Positions 1 through 10,093 of a stretch of 64,000 bases of DNA are shown one piece after another. Numbering within the stretch: the stretch's first letter is position 1; the number at the start of each line of letters is the position of its first letter. This DNA comes from an uncultured Chloroflexia bacterium (lineage in GTDB: Bacteria; Chloroflexota; Limnocylindria; Limnocylindrales; CSP1-4). The position numbers and the translations under genes were made by a program. The stretch is from the NCBI GenBank assembly GCA_963757865.1, contig CAVWSU010000005.1, positions 192,254 to 256,253 on the forward strand, written 5' to 3'. A model generated the notes under the pieces. It was not told where the DNA came from, made no database searches, and was given only the letters and a program-made list of their open reading frames with translations.

Positions 1-216
1 GGTCGCGTGCTGCGCGGCAACGATCGAGTCCCTGGACACGCCCCCGGGCAGCCTCCGGCAACTTCCGGGCGCGCGTTCCGGGCAACCACCCGTGCTGCCC
101 GGACACGTACCGGGGGCGGCGATCCATGTCTGCCGGACGCCCCCGTTGGCGCCTGGACGACGCTCCTGCGCGCCGGGCGGACACGCCGCACGTCAGGACG
201 GCGTACCGTGGGGCTC

Positions 217-372
217 ATGAGTGCCAAGAAACAGACCCAGCGCAAGGCCGAGCGCGAGGCCGTCAAACACATGCGGGCCCTGGAACGAGAACGTGAGCAG
301 AAGGCGGCTCGCGAGCCGGCAGAGGGCGAGACGCCGCCAGCCGACCCGAAGGCTGCCCGTCCCGCGGGATAG
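217..372 (+). CDS. small Lys/Glu/Arg-rich hypothetical protein (51 aa)
   Basis: ATG at 217 inside ORF 7..372. MSAKKQTQRKAEREAVKHMRALEREREQK is the only part of that ORF without shadow-frame composition. No family recognised. Confidence 0.3.
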   Translation: MSAKKQTQRKAEREAVKHMRALEREREQKAAREPAEGETPPADPKAARPAG

Positions 373-498
373 AGAGGGCCCGGCCGTCAGGGCGCCCGCG
401 ACGGTTGCGGCCGCCCGAGACGGTTTCGGCTGCCCGAGGGGATACTGTCGGCAGGAGGGCGCGTCCCGCTGCCCCAGATCGACCCGGAGGTGTGACCC

Positions 499-975
499 GT
501 GACCACCGCGGCGGCGGCTACCTCGGCCCTGTACTCGAGCTACTTCCACGAGGCGCACGCCGCGATGCGCGAGGTCGTCGGCGGCGCCGGCCCGTCGGTG
601 CTCGACTGGAGACCGGGCCATGACACGAACTCCATCGCGGTGCTGGTCGCACATGCCGTCGAGGCGGAACGCGCCATCACGTCGGATGTTGCCGGCCTCA
701 CGCTGCCACGCGACCGGGACGCCATGTTCCGCGTGTCCGGGCTCGGCCCCGACGAGCTGGTGGCGATGATCGATGCCACCGAGCGTGACGTCGACGGGTT
801 TCTCGCCGCGTTGACCGACGAGCGCCTCGCCGCCGCCATCGACCGCCGGGGACGGACGGAGACCGGCGCGCGCTGGCTCCTGCACGTCGCGTCGCACACG
901 CGTGAGCACATCGGCCAGGCGACCCTGACCCGGCAGCTTGTGGAACAGGTCATGGAGAACGGACTCGGAGCCTGA
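499..975 (+). CDS. DinB-family (DinB_2-like) protein
   Basis: 158 aa with GTG start. Spaced His residues typical of the DinB four-helix fold (HEAH.., LVAHAVEAE.., HVASHTREHIGQ). Confidence 0.7.
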   Translation: MTTAAAATSALYSSYFHEAHAAMREVVGGAGPSVLDWRPGHDTNSIAVLVAHAVEAERAITSDVAGLTLPRDRDAMFRVSGLGPDELVAMIDATERDVDGFLAALTDERLAAAIDRRGRTETGARWLLHVASHTREHIGQATLTRQLVEQVMENGLGA

Positions 976-1044
976 CCACGACGGCCACCCGCGCCGGGGA
1001 CGAGTCCGGCGCCGGATGCGATGGACTTCCCGCGCGCCGGCCGC

Positions 1045-1239
1045 CTACGCGCGGACGGGAACCGCCGCAGTCGGGCGAGGAGCCGGGGCGCCGGGGCATT
1101 CGCCGCTCAGGTCGAGCTTCCCCGAGTGCTGCTCCGCGGGTACCCATGTCGTGCGCACCAGGCCGCACACGCCGCAGATTCCGATCACGAATGATCCGCG
1201 ACCCTGATCGGTCGCCGCGAACGTCCACTCGTGCTTCAA
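1045..1239 (-). CDS. small hypothetical protein with CxxC (64 aa)
   Basis: TTG start preceded by GGGAGG about 10 nt upstream. MKHEWTFAATDQGRGSFVIGICGVCGLVRTTW has non-shadow composition. No family recognised. Confidence 0.35.
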   Translation of the reverse strand: MKHEWTFAATDQGRGSFVIGICGVCGLVRTTWVPAEQHSGKLDLSGECPGAPAPRPTAAVPVRA

Positions 1240-1622
1240 GAGTCTGCGCCTCCCTCGTGTGGTCCCGAGAGTAGAGTCGATCGGGGGATGCTGGCCGTAG
1301 ATCGAACGTCAACAACGCGGACGTACTTTCCGCGCATCTGCCACGACCGATCGAGCGCCTCCATGCGGTCGCGACCGCGGCGTTCTCGGGCTGGCGGCAC
1401 CGCCTCCTACCCGATCGAGCGGGCGACGGCGGGCCGATCGGCCCGATGCGGGGAAGGCCGGGGGCCGTAGCCTGCGGTCTGGACGCGCGCCGCAACATCC
1501 TCGCGCAGAAGCCCCGGTCGGAGGAGGCCGGGGCTTTCTGTCGGGTCTCCTGCCCGAAAGGGGGAACCCCGCTGGTACCATCTGGCGCTTCCGGCGGGGG
1601 CCGGCCGCGATAGGCTCAGCAG

Positions 1623-2105
1623 GTGATGTCCGGGACCGTCGACCACTATGCAGTCCTCCAGGTCGACCCGCGCGCCGAGCTCGGCGTGATCCGGGCCGCC
1701 TACCGCGCCCTTGCGCGCAGGCACCATCCCGACGTGGATGGCGGTTCGCACGACCGCATGACGGCGCTCAACAACGCCTGGGCAGTCCTGCGCGATCCGG
1801 TGGCTCGGGCCGCCTACGACCGCCAGCGGGCGGCCACGGTCCCGCCCCAGGCCGCCCCGGGCGCGGGGGAGCGACCGGTTCCCAGGCCCCCGGGGAGCGC
1901 CTCGGGCAGCGTGCTGGACTTCGGGCGATACGCGGGATGGTCCCTCGGCGAGCTGGCACGGCACGACCCGGACTTCCTCGAATGGCTGGCCCGGACGCCG
2001 ACGGGACGACGCTACAAGGGCGAGATCGAGCGTCTGCTGTCATGGCCGGCGCGGGCGACGGCCGGGGTCGGCGGCCGGCAGCCCGGCTGGGCGCGATTCC
2101 GCTGA
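1623..2105 (+). CDS. J-domain (DnaJ-like) protein
   Basis: DHYAVLQVDPRAELGVIRAAYRALARRHHPDV contains the HPD tripeptide. TAGGCT -10-like hexamer lies 6 nt upstream of the GTG, so the mRNA may be leaderless. Confidence 0.75.
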   Translation: MMSGTVDHYAVLQVDPRAELGVIRAAYRALARRHHPDVDGGSHDRMTALNNAWAVLRDPVARAAYDRQRAATVPPQAAPGAGERPVPRPPGSASGSVLDFGRYAGWSLGELARHDPDFLEWLARTPTGRRYKGEIERLLSWPARATAGVGGRQPGWARFR

Positions 2106-2116
2106 CCTGAGCGGCC

Positions 2117-3073
2117 GTGCGGCACATCACGTCGGCACGGCTTCGCCAGCTGGTGTCCATGCCCTCGGCGATCGACGCCGTACGGGACGCCTTCGTGCGC
2201 AGCTCCGCGGGACGGATCGAGCAGCCCACCAGGCTGGCGCTGGAAGGCGGAAAGGCCCTCGCCATGCTCGCGTCGGACCGGGACGGAGCCGGAACCGTCC
2301 TCAAGGCCGTCACGGTGATACCCGCCAACCGCGACCGGGGCATACCGGCGGTGCAGGCGGTCGTGATCTGGTTCGACGGTGGCACGGGGGCCCCGATCGC
2401 GCTGATCGACGGGGAGGCCCTGACCGCGCTGCGGACCGGGGCGGCGTCCGGCGTCGCGACCGCCCTGCTGGCGCCGGCGGAGGCATCCGTGATGGCCATG
2501 ATCGGGGCGGGTGCCCAGGCGGCGGACCAGGTTCGCGCGGTCTGTGCGGTGCGGCCCATCCGCGAGGTGCGCGTGGCGTCGCGCCATCTGGATCGCGCGG
2601 ACTCGTTCGCAGCGCGCCTCGGGCAGGAGATGGCGCCGGTCCGCATCGTGGCCCGGACGGTTCGCGAGGCGCTCGACGGGGCACAGGTCGTCTGCACGGC
2701 GACCACCTCGGTCGAACCGCTGTTCGCGGCATCCGACCTGGGGACGCGCGTCCACGTGAACGCGATCGGTGCCTACACGCGGGAGATGTGCGAGCTGCCG
2801 CCCGAGCTGTTCGCGGACGCGAGCGTCGTGGCCGTGGACGCCATCGACGCGGCGATGTCGGAGGCGGGCGACCTCCTGCGAGCGATGCGGGATGGACGGA
2901 TCACGCGCGACCGGCTGGTCGAGATCGGCACGCTGGCGTCACGACCAGAGACGGCCGCTCCCGGCGGGCGGACGGTGTTCAAGTCGGTCGGCGTGGCGGC
3001 GCAGGACTGGGCGCTCGCCCGGCTCGCCGTGGAGCGGGCCGCGGCCGCCGGAGACGTCGACCGGCAGGACTGA
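2117..3073 (+). CDS. ornithine cyclodeaminase / mu-crystallin family protein
   Basis: 318 aa. LTALRTGAASGVATALLA plus Rossmann motif MIGAGAQA and the overall OCD_Mu_crystallin pattern. Confidence 0.8.
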   Translation: MRHITSARLRQLVSMPSAIDAVRDAFVRSSAGRIEQPTRLALEGGKALAMLASDRDGAGTVLKAVTVIPANRDRGIPAVQAVVIWFDGGTGAPIALIDGEALTALRTGAASGVATALLAPAEASVMAMIGAGAQAADQVRAVCAVRPIREVRVASRHLDRADSFAARLGQEMAPVRIVARTVREALDGAQVVCTATTSVEPLFAASDLGTRVHVNAIGAYTREMCELPPELFADASVVAVDAIDAAMSEAGDLLRAMRDGRITRDRLVEIGTLASRPETAAPGGRTVFKSVGVAAQDWALARLAVERAAAAGDVDRQD

Positions 3074-3128
3074 GCGCGTCAGGGGCCCTGCAGTCGGCGA
3101 CGACTTCGAGGGCGAGCCCCTCGCTTCG

Positions 3129-4064
3129 TCAGGAGAACAGCGAGATCAGCTCCCCGGCCAGCCCGAGCAATTCGGTCGTGAGGAAGGTCGGGTTGCGGAA
3201 CACGAAGCCGCCGAACCCCGCGTCGATGTACGGCTGGAGCGCGTCGGCCGCCTGCTCGGGCGTCAGCGCCGACATCAGCGCGCGCCTGGCGGGCACGATC
3301 TGTTCCAGCGCCGCTGCGGCCTCGCGGTCGGACTCGACGAGCACGAACGGCGCCATGGCCGTCCGCAGGATCGTGGACGGATCGCGGCCCTCGGCCTCGC
3401 AATGGCGCTCCAGCACCTCCGTCTTGTGGCGCAGCTCGTCGAGCGGACCGAACCAGTTCGACATGTCGGCATATCGGGCGACCAGGCGCAGCGTGCGCCG
3501 CTCTCCGCCTCCTCCGATCAGGATCTTCGGGCCCCCGGCCTGGATGGGCCGCGGCACGTTCAGGGCCTCGTCGATCCGGTAGTACCGGCCCTCGAAGCTC
3601 GGGCGCGGCTCCGTGAACATGAGCCGGCAGATGGCCAGCGCCTCGTCGAGCCTGTCCATCCGCTCGCCGACCGGTGGGAACTCGAACCCGTATCCGCGGT
3701 GCTCCGAGTCGTTCCAGGCCGCGCCGATCCCGAGCACGGCGCGGCCGCCGGAGATCACGTCCAGGGTGGTGACGATCTTCGCGAGCATCGCCGGGTTTCG
3801 GTAGGTCACCCCGGTCACCATCGTGCCGAGCCGGACGCGCGTCGTGCGGGCGGCGACCGCCCCGAGCGTCGTGTAGGCCTCGAGCATGGGCTCGTCTTCC
3901 GCCCCGACCGGACCGATCTGGTAGAAGTGGTCCATCACGGTGATGAGGTCGAAGCCGGCAGCCTCGGCGGCGCCGACGAGCTCGACCAGGCGCCCGAAGA
4001 GACCCTCCGGGGGAACGTCGGGAAACGTGAACCGTGGCATGTGGTAGCCGAACAGGGGTCGCAT
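3129..4064 (-). CDS. LLM-class F420-dependent oxidoreductase
   Basis: 311 aa. MRPLFGYHMP.., VMDHFYQ, RLGTMVTGVTYRNPAMLAK, GRAVLGIGAAW, PKILIGGGGERRTLRLVARYAD. Confidence 0.85.
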   Translation of the reverse strand: MRPLFGYHMPRFTFPDVPPEGLFGRLVELVGAAEAAGFDLITVMDHFYQIGPVGAEDEPMLEAYTTLGAVAARTTRVRLGTMVTGVTYRNPAMLAKIVTTLDVISGGRAVLGIGAAWNDSEHRGYGFEFPPVGERMDRLDEALAICRLMFTEPRPSFEGRYYRIDEALNVPRPIQAGGPKILIGGGGERRTLRLVARYADMSNWFGPLDELRHKTEVLERHCEAEGRDPSTILRTAMAPFVLVESDREAAAALEQIVPARRALMSALTPEQAADALQPYIDAGFGGFVFRNPTFLTTELLGLAGELISLFS

Positions 4065-4375
4065 GCCCCGACGATACCCCAGGTGCCCGGATCGCTCCGG
4101 CGGCCGGCTGGGGCGGACATGTCCGCGAGCCGTGAGCCGTGAGTCCAGGCCGGCCGTACCCGATCGGCGGGACGTACACTCGGCCGATGACCGGCCTGCC
4201 AGACGAGCGTACCCCGACGCCCGATGCGCCCGGGAGCGTCCCCGAACCTTCGGACGAGCAGCCAGCGGCCCCGGGGTCGGGGGATGTGCGGGTCGACCGC
4301 GAGACCCGTGCGGGAGATCTCGCTGGTTCCGGCCTCGGGGCGCTGGACGAGGCCCAGTTGTCCGGGCGCGGCGAC

Positions 4376-5824
4376 ATGGATCCCGAGGCGTTCCGACGCG
4401 CCGCGCACGCGGTCGCCGACCTCATGGCCGACTACCTGGCGGGGGTCGAGCGCTTCCCGATCCTGCCGGACGTCGAGCCGGGCGACCTGCGCCGGCAATT
4501 CCCCGCCGCGGCGCCGGAGCAGCCGGAGCCCCTGGGCGACGTCCTCGCCGATTACCGGCGGCTCGTCGAGCCGAACATCACCCATTGGCAGCACCCGGCG
4601 TTCTTCGCGTACTTCGCGAGCAGCGGTTCCGGGCCCGGGATCCTGGGCGAGATGCTCATGGCCACGCTCGTGGGCAACGCGATGCTGTGGCGGACCTCGC
4701 CCGTGGCGACGGAGCTCGAGGAGGTCACGATCGGCTGGCTCCGCCGCGGCCTCGGCCTGCCCGAGGCGTTCGACGGCTTCTTCACCGACAGCGCCTCGAC
4801 ATCGAGCCTCATCGGCCTGGCGGGGGCGCGGCAGGCGGTCCCCGGCATGGACGCGTCCGGTGACGGGCTTGCCGGCCGCCCGGGCCTCCGGATCTACGCG
4901 TCGGCCGAGGCGCACAGCTCCATCGAGAAGGCCGCCATGACCCTGGGTATCGGCCGTGCCGGGACACGCCGCATCCCCACCGACGCGGAGTACCGGATGG
5001 ACACGCGGGCCCTCGAGGCCGCGATCCGCGAGGATCGCGCCGCCGGCCATGTCCCGTGCGCCATCGTCTCGACGATCGGCACCACGGGCTCGACGTCCGT
5101 CGACCCCACCGAGAAGATTGCCGACATCGCCGGACGTGAAGGGATGTGGCTCCACGTCGACGCGGCCTACGCCGGCGCCACGGCGCTGCTACCCGAGCGC
5201 CGCGCCCCGTTTGCGGGCTGGGAGCGCGCCGACTCGATCGTGGTCAACCCGCACAAGTGGCTGTTCACGCCGCTCGACGCATCGCTGTTCCTCACACGGC
5301 GGTCCGAGGTGGTCCGCGCGGCGTTCAGCCTGGTCCCCGAGTACCTGCGAACGCTCGACCGGTCCCGCGACGTCCACGACTTCAACGAGTACACGCCGCA
5401 GCTGGGACGTCGCTTCCGGGCCCTGAAGATGTGGATGCTGCTCCGGTACTTCGGGCTCGAGGGCATGCGGGCGCGCCTTCGCGCGCACATCGAGCTGGCG
5501 GCACGGCTGGCGGACCGGATCGACGCGGAACCCGACGCCGAGCGGCTGGCACCGGTCCCGTTCTCGACCGTGTGCTTCCGATGGCGCCCCACCCGGTTCG
5601 CGGGGCGCGAGGACGAGCCCGAGGTCCGCGCGGAACTCGACCGCCTCAACACCGCGCTCCTCGATGCGGTCAACCGGGAGGGCCGCGTGTTCCTCTCCCA
5701 CACGCGGCTTCGCGACCGGATGACGCTGCGGATCGCCATCGGGAGCATCCGGACGGAGGAACGCCACGTGGCGCTCGCGTGGGAACGCATCTGCGAGCAC
5801 GGCAGGCGGCTCGCGCAGGGCTGA
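4376..5824 (+). CDS. group II pyridoxal-dependent decarboxylase (aromatic-amino-acid/DABA decarboxylase-like)
   Basis: HWQHPAFFAYFASSGS.., VVNPHKWLFTPLDASLF (PLP-Lys motif). ATG at 4376 gives the usual length of about 480 aa. The ORF is open from 4139, so the start is uncertain. Confidence 0.85.
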   Translation: MDPEAFRRAAHAVADLMADYLAGVERFPILPDVEPGDLRRQFPAAAPEQPEPLGDVLADYRRLVEPNITHWQHPAFFAYFASSGSGPGILGEMLMATLVGNAMLWRTSPVATELEEVTIGWLRRGLGLPEAFDGFFTDSASTSSLIGLAGARQAVPGMDASGDGLAGRPGLRIYASAEAHSSIEKAAMTLGIGRAGTRRIPTDAEYRMDTRALEAAIREDRAAGHVPCAIVSTIGTTGSTSVDPTEKIADIAGREGMWLHVDAAYAGATALLPERRAPFAGWERADSIVVNPHKWLFTPLDASLFLTRRSEVVRAAFSLVPEYLRTLDRSRDVHDFNEYTPQLGRRFRALKMWMLLRYFGLEGMRARLRAHIELAARLADRIDAEPDAERLAPVPFSTVCFRWRPTRFAGREDEPEVRAELDRLNTALLDAVNREGRVFLSHTRLRDRMTLRIAIGSIRTEERHVALAWERICEHGRRLAQG

Positions 5825-5937
5825 TGGCCGCGGCTCGTTCTCAGGAGCCAGCAGGATCGCCTCGGCGACGCCCGCGGCTCCTGCCGCCCGAGTGGCCTCG
5901 CGGCGACTCGTCGGCGGCTCAGGCATAGACTCACGCC

Positions 5938-7065
5938 GTGGATCGAGTTCGGGATGACAACCTGTCCGTCGAACCCGGAGCGACGGAACCGCCTCGCGCT
6001 GCCGGTTCGCCCGACCGCTTCGATCTCGCCCTCGACGGCATCCGCCTCTCCGCCCTCCGGTGGAAGCCGGCGCTCCCGGCCTCGCCACCGCCGGTACTGC
6101 TGCATCACGGGCTGGCATCCTCGGCCGGATTCTGGGGCCCGACCGCGACGCAGCTCTTGGGCGGCGGAGCAGGTGAAGCCGGCCGCGCGCCCGCCGTCAC
6201 GGACGATACCGGGCGGACAGGCGGCATTGCGGGCAGTGACGGCCGGGCAGCCGCCATCGCCACGCAGGATCCGCGGCCCGTCAGGACGGTTCCCGCGAGC
6301 GCCCCGGCCCGCGAGGTCGTGGCCCTCGACGCGCGTGGTCACGGCGAGAGCGATCGTCCGGACCAGGGATACGGCACGGAACAGGTTGCGGCCGACCTGC
6401 AGGCCGCCCTGGTGGATCTCGGATGGGCCGGGGCGGGCCGGGCTCGGCCCGTGCTCGTCGGCCACTCCTGGGGCGGCAACGTCGTGCTGGAGCACGCCGC
6501 CCGCCATCCCGGGGTCGCGGCCGGCATCGTGCTCGTGGACGGCGGGTTCCTCGAGCTGGGTCACATGACGTGGGAGGAAACGGAGCGGGACCTGGCGCCC
6601 CCCAGGATGGGTCCCATGACGTGGGCGGACTTCACGGCCCGGGCGGCGGGCTGGTGGGGCGCAACCGGCTGGTCCGACGCCGTCGAGCAGGCGATCCACC
6701 ACAACTTCGAGGAGCTGCCGGACGGCACGATCCGGCCGCGACTGTCGAGGCAACGGCACATGGCGGTGCTTCGGGGCATGTGGGAGCAGCGGCCGTCGGA
6801 GCTGTACGGGTCCGTCCGCGTGCCCGTGCTGCTCCTCCCGGCCCGCCGGTCGAGCGCCGACGGGCGAGAGCGCCAGTTCATCGAGCGGAAGGTGGAGGCC
6901 GTCGAGCGGGCCGTGGCCGCGCTGGGCCGTGCCGGCGTGCCCGTGACCGTCGAATGGTTCGAGGAGTCCATCCACGACATCCCGCTGCAGCACCCGGCGC
7001 GCCTCGCGGCGCGGATCCAGGCGTTCATCGCCGCGCTGCCGGCCGACGGAGCGCCGCCCGGCTGA
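5938..7065 (+). CDS. alpha/beta hydrolase
   Basis: VLLHHGLASS, ALDARGHGESD, nucleophile elbow GHSWGG. Carries a Gly/Ala-rich insertion of about 50 aa between the first two motifs. Confidence 0.75.
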   Translation: MDRVRDDNLSVEPGATEPPRAAGSPDRFDLALDGIRLSALRWKPALPASPPPVLLHHGLASSAGFWGPTATQLLGGGAGEAGRAPAVTDDTGRTGGIAGSDGRAAAIATQDPRPVRTVPASAPAREVVALDARGHGESDRPDQGYGTEQVAADLQAALVDLGWAGAGRARPVLVGHSWGGNVVLEHAARHPGVAAGIVLVDGGFLELGHMTWEETERDLAPPRMGPMTWADFTARAAGWWGATGWSDAVEQAIHHNFEELPDGTIRPRLSRQRHMAVLRGMWEQRPSELYGSVRVPVLLLPARRSSADGRERQFIERKVEAVERAVAALGRAGVPVTVEWFEESIHDIPLQHPARLAARIQAFIAALPADGAPPG

Positions 7066-7318
7066 GGACGCGGTCGCCGGCTCATGGCACGAGGCCCGGC
7101 GGACGCCGCGCTGCCCGGCTGACGTCGCGCCGCCTTCATCGTGCGAAACAGTCCACGCCGCCGCGCCCCTGCCACGAATCTCGTCGGCGAATGGTCGGGA
7201 CCACGCGGATGCCGTTGCCGCAGAGGGGCAGGTGCCGGGCGATCCGCGGTAGACTGCGGTCTCACAGGGAGGCCGGCGGGGAGGGCCCGCAGGTCGCGAG
7301 CGAGGAGCGAAGCGAGCC

Positions 7319-8833
7319 ATGGCCATCGCCACCGTCACCGATCGCCGGATGCTCATCGACGGAGAGTGGGTCGAGTCGTCCTCCGGTGCCTGGATCGAGG
7401 TCCACGACCCGGCCTCGGGCGCGCTCGTCGGCCGCGTGCCGGCGGGGACCGCGGACGACGTCGACCGCGCGGTCGCCGCCGCCCGCCGGTCGTTCCGCGA
7501 CGGTCGGTGGCACGGCATGTACGGGCCGGAGCGCGTGGCGGTCCTGAACCGCCTCGCGGACCTCATCGACGCGCACCTCGGCGAGCTGGCCGAGGTCGAG
7601 TCGGCGCAGACGGGGTCAGCCCTCAAGTTGCGGCGGGATTCGGACATCCCCTTCGCGGCCGACAACCTGCGCTTCTTCGCCTCGGCGATCCGCCACCTGG
7701 AGGGCAAGTCGGCGGCCGAGTACAGCGGCAGCCACACCAGCATGATCCGCCGCGAGCCGATCGGCGTGATCGGGCAGATCGCCCCCTGGAACTACCCGCT
7801 GATGATGGCCGCCTGGAAGATCGGTCCCGCGCTGGCAGCGGGCAACAGCGTCGTGCTCAAGCCCGCCACGGCCACGCCCCTGACGACGCTCATGCTCGGC
7901 GAGCTGGCGGCCGAGGCGGGACTGCCGGACGGCGTGCTCAATATCGTCACCGGCCGGGGAGACGTGGTGGGCGCGGCGATCGCGGCCCATCCCGACGTCG
8001 ACATGGTTTCGCTCACGGGCGACACCGAGACCGGCAAGAAGATCCAGGCCGCAGCTGCCGGGACCCTCAAGCGGCTCCACCTGGAGCTGGGCGGCAAGGC
8101 GCCGTTCATCGTCTACGACGACGCGGACCTGGAGGCGGCGGCGCGCGGGGCCGTGGTCGGCGGCCTCGTGAACGCGGGCCAGGACTGCACGGCCGCTACC
8201 CGGATCTACGTGCAGCGCCCCGTCTATGACCGGTTCGTCGAGCTGCTGGCGGGCCACATGCGCGCGACGCGCGTGGGAGCCCCCGCCGATCCGTCGACGG
8301 ACATGGGAAGCCTCATCAGCGAGCAGCAGGTCGAGCGGGTCGAGGGGTTCGTCGAGCGCGCACGGCAGGCCGGCGCGCGTGTCATCGTCGGCGGGGCGCG
8401 GGCCGAGGTGCCCGGCCTGCACGGCGCGTTCTACCAGCCCACGCTCATCGACGGCGTCGGGCAGGACGCCGAGATCGTGCAGCAGGAGATCTTCGGCCCC
8501 GTCCTCACCCTGCTCCCGTTCGAGACGGAGGAGGAGGTCCTGGCGAAGGCGAACGACGTCCGGTACGGGCTGGCGAGTTCCGTGTGGACACGCGACGTCT
8601 TCCGGGCGATGCGTGCAGCCAAGGCGCTCAACTTCGGCGAGGTGTGGGTCAACGACCACCTGCCGCTGACGAGTGAGATGCCCCACGGTGGGTTCCGCCA
8701 GTCGGGCTACGGGAACGACCTGTCGGACTACGCGTTCGACGAGTACACGCAGGTCAAGCACGTGATGATCGAGCTGACCGGCGAGGCCGAGAAGGGGTGG
8801 CACTACACCGTCTGGGGTGACCAGAAGGAGTAG
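7319..8833 (+). CDS. NAD(P)-dependent aldehyde dehydrogenase (aminobutyraldehyde/betaine-aldehyde DH-like)
   Basis: 504 aa. IAPWNYPLMMAAWK, LELGGKAP (catalytic Glu), NAGQDCTAATR (catalytic Cys). Confidence 0.9.
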   Translation: MAIATVTDRRMLIDGEWVESSSGAWIEVHDPASGALVGRVPAGTADDVDRAVAAARRSFRDGRWHGMYGPERVAVLNRLADLIDAHLGELAEVESAQTGSALKLRRDSDIPFAADNLRFFASAIRHLEGKSAAEYSGSHTSMIRREPIGVIGQIAPWNYPLMMAAWKIGPALAAGNSVVLKPATATPLTTLMLGELAAEAGLPDGVLNIVTGRGDVVGAAIAAHPDVDMVSLTGDTETGKKIQAAAAGTLKRLHLELGGKAPFIVYDDADLEAAARGAVVGGLVNAGQDCTAATRIYVQRPVYDRFVELLAGHMRATRVGAPADPSTDMGSLISEQQVERVEGFVERARQAGARVIVGGARAEVPGLHGAFYQPTLIDGVGQDAEIVQQEIFGPVLTLLPFETEEEVLAKANDVRYGLASSVWTRDVFRAMRAAKALNFGEVWVNDHLPLTSEMPHGGFRQSGYGNDLSDYAFDEYTQVKHVMIELTGEAEKGWHYTVWGDQKE

Positions 8834-8904
8834 CACGCCCGGAGCGGGCATAATCACCCGCAGCGCAGCCGGCGGCAGGGCAGAGGCCCCGCGCCGGGCC
8901 CGGC

Positions 8905-9333
8905 ATGCAACGGGCGCGCCTGCAGGAGGAGGTTCCTCGAACCGTGCCGCCGCTCTCGCAGCTCCAGCGCGTCCCCCTGGTCTTCCAGGCGCGGCTCGAC
9001 CGACAGGGCATCTTCACCACCGGCCTGCTCCTGGAGGTGTCGGAGACGCCCACGCGACGCCAGTACCTCGCGGACCAGGTGGGGGCCACCACCAACGACG
9101 TCAACGACTGGCGTGACGAGGCGATGCTGCTCAACCTTGCCCGCTTCGGGCCGCTCGAGCAGGCGCTGTTCACGCAGGCGGGCATCACCGGGATCGGCCA
9201 GGTGCTCGACCTCCCGCTGGACGAGCTACGCGCCAGGCTCGCTCGAGCCGCCCGCATCCTCGGCGTCGACGCGCCCGACGACCTGACGGTCGAGGGCTGG
9301 TGGGAACAGGCGCAGACCCTCGAGGAGGAGTAG
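8905..9333 (+). CDS. DUF4332-like protein
   Basis: 142 aa with two helix-hairpin-helix-like segments (..QGIFTTGLLLE.., ..QAGITGIGQVLD..). Recognised by pattern only. Confidence 0.5.
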   Translation: MQRARLQEEVPRTVPPLSQLQRVPLVFQARLDRQGIFTTGLLLEVSETPTRRQYLADQVGATTNDVNDWRDEAMLLNLARFGPLEQALFTQAGITGIGQVLDLPLDELRARLARAARILGVDAPDDLTVEGWWEQAQTLEEE

Positions 9334-9334
9334 C

Positions 9335-10093
9335 GTGGCCGGCCGCAGCGCCGGGCCCGCATGGCGGGTCGCCATCGCGATCGGGGGGGCACTCGCCATC
9401 CTCGGCGTCTCGGTGGTCGCGCTGCTCGACCCGGCGTACATCCACGCCGCCCTGGACGCGGCCGGCAGCGCCGCCATCCTCGGGCTGGACCGGCAGGCCA
9501 CGTACGCGGCCTCCGATCGGACGTTGAACGAGCTGGTGTTCGGACCGGCGACGTTCGCGTTCAGGGTCGCGCCCGGAGGCCCGCCCTTCTACGACGCCTC
9601 CGAGGCCTCCCACCTGCGCGACGCCTCGAACCTGCTGCACCTGTTCCTGGTGGTGGTTGCGGCGGGCATCGTCCTCCTGGTCCTGGGCGTGGTCCGCTAC
9701 CGGCGCGATCCGGCAGCCTGGCGAGCGCTCCGCACCGGCGCGATCGTCCTCGCCGCCGCCTTCGCGGCCATCGGCCTGTTCTTCACCGTGGCGTTCGACC
9801 AGGCATTCACGCTGTTCCACGAGGTGTTCTTCCCCCAGGGCAACTGGGAGTTCAACAGTGCCACGGAGCGCATGGTGCAGCTGTACCCGACCCCGTTCTG
9901 GGAGCTGATCGCGACGACACTGGCGATCCTCGTGCTGGCGCTCTGCGCTCTCGTCTGGCTGGTCGCGACGCTGCGGGCACGCTCGCTCGACTCGGGCGCC
10001 GCGATCTCGTCCACGGGCCCGGCGAGCCCGGTCGTGACGCCGGCTCCGAATGGTCCCGACGCGGCGGGCCGGGCCGGTGGAGGCGGCCGGTGA
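9335..10093 (+). CDS. integral membrane protein, DUF1461/TIGR01906 (Lit-like) family
   Basis: Four predicted TM helices. SHLRDASNLLHL and FHEVFFPQGNWEFNSATERMVQLYPTPFW resemble the family signature. Confidence 0.6.
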   Translation: MAGRSAGPAWRVAIAIGGALAILGVSVVALLDPAYIHAALDAAGSAAILGLDRQATYAASDRTLNELVFGPATFAFRVAPGGPPFYDASEASHLRDASNLLHLFLVVVAAGIVLLVLGVVRYRRDPAAWRALRTGAIVLAAAFAAIGLFFTVAFDQAFTLFHEVFFPQGNWEFNSATERMVQLYPTPFWELIATTLAILVLALCALVWLVATLRARSLDSGAAISSTGPASPVVTPAPNGPDAAGRAGGGGR

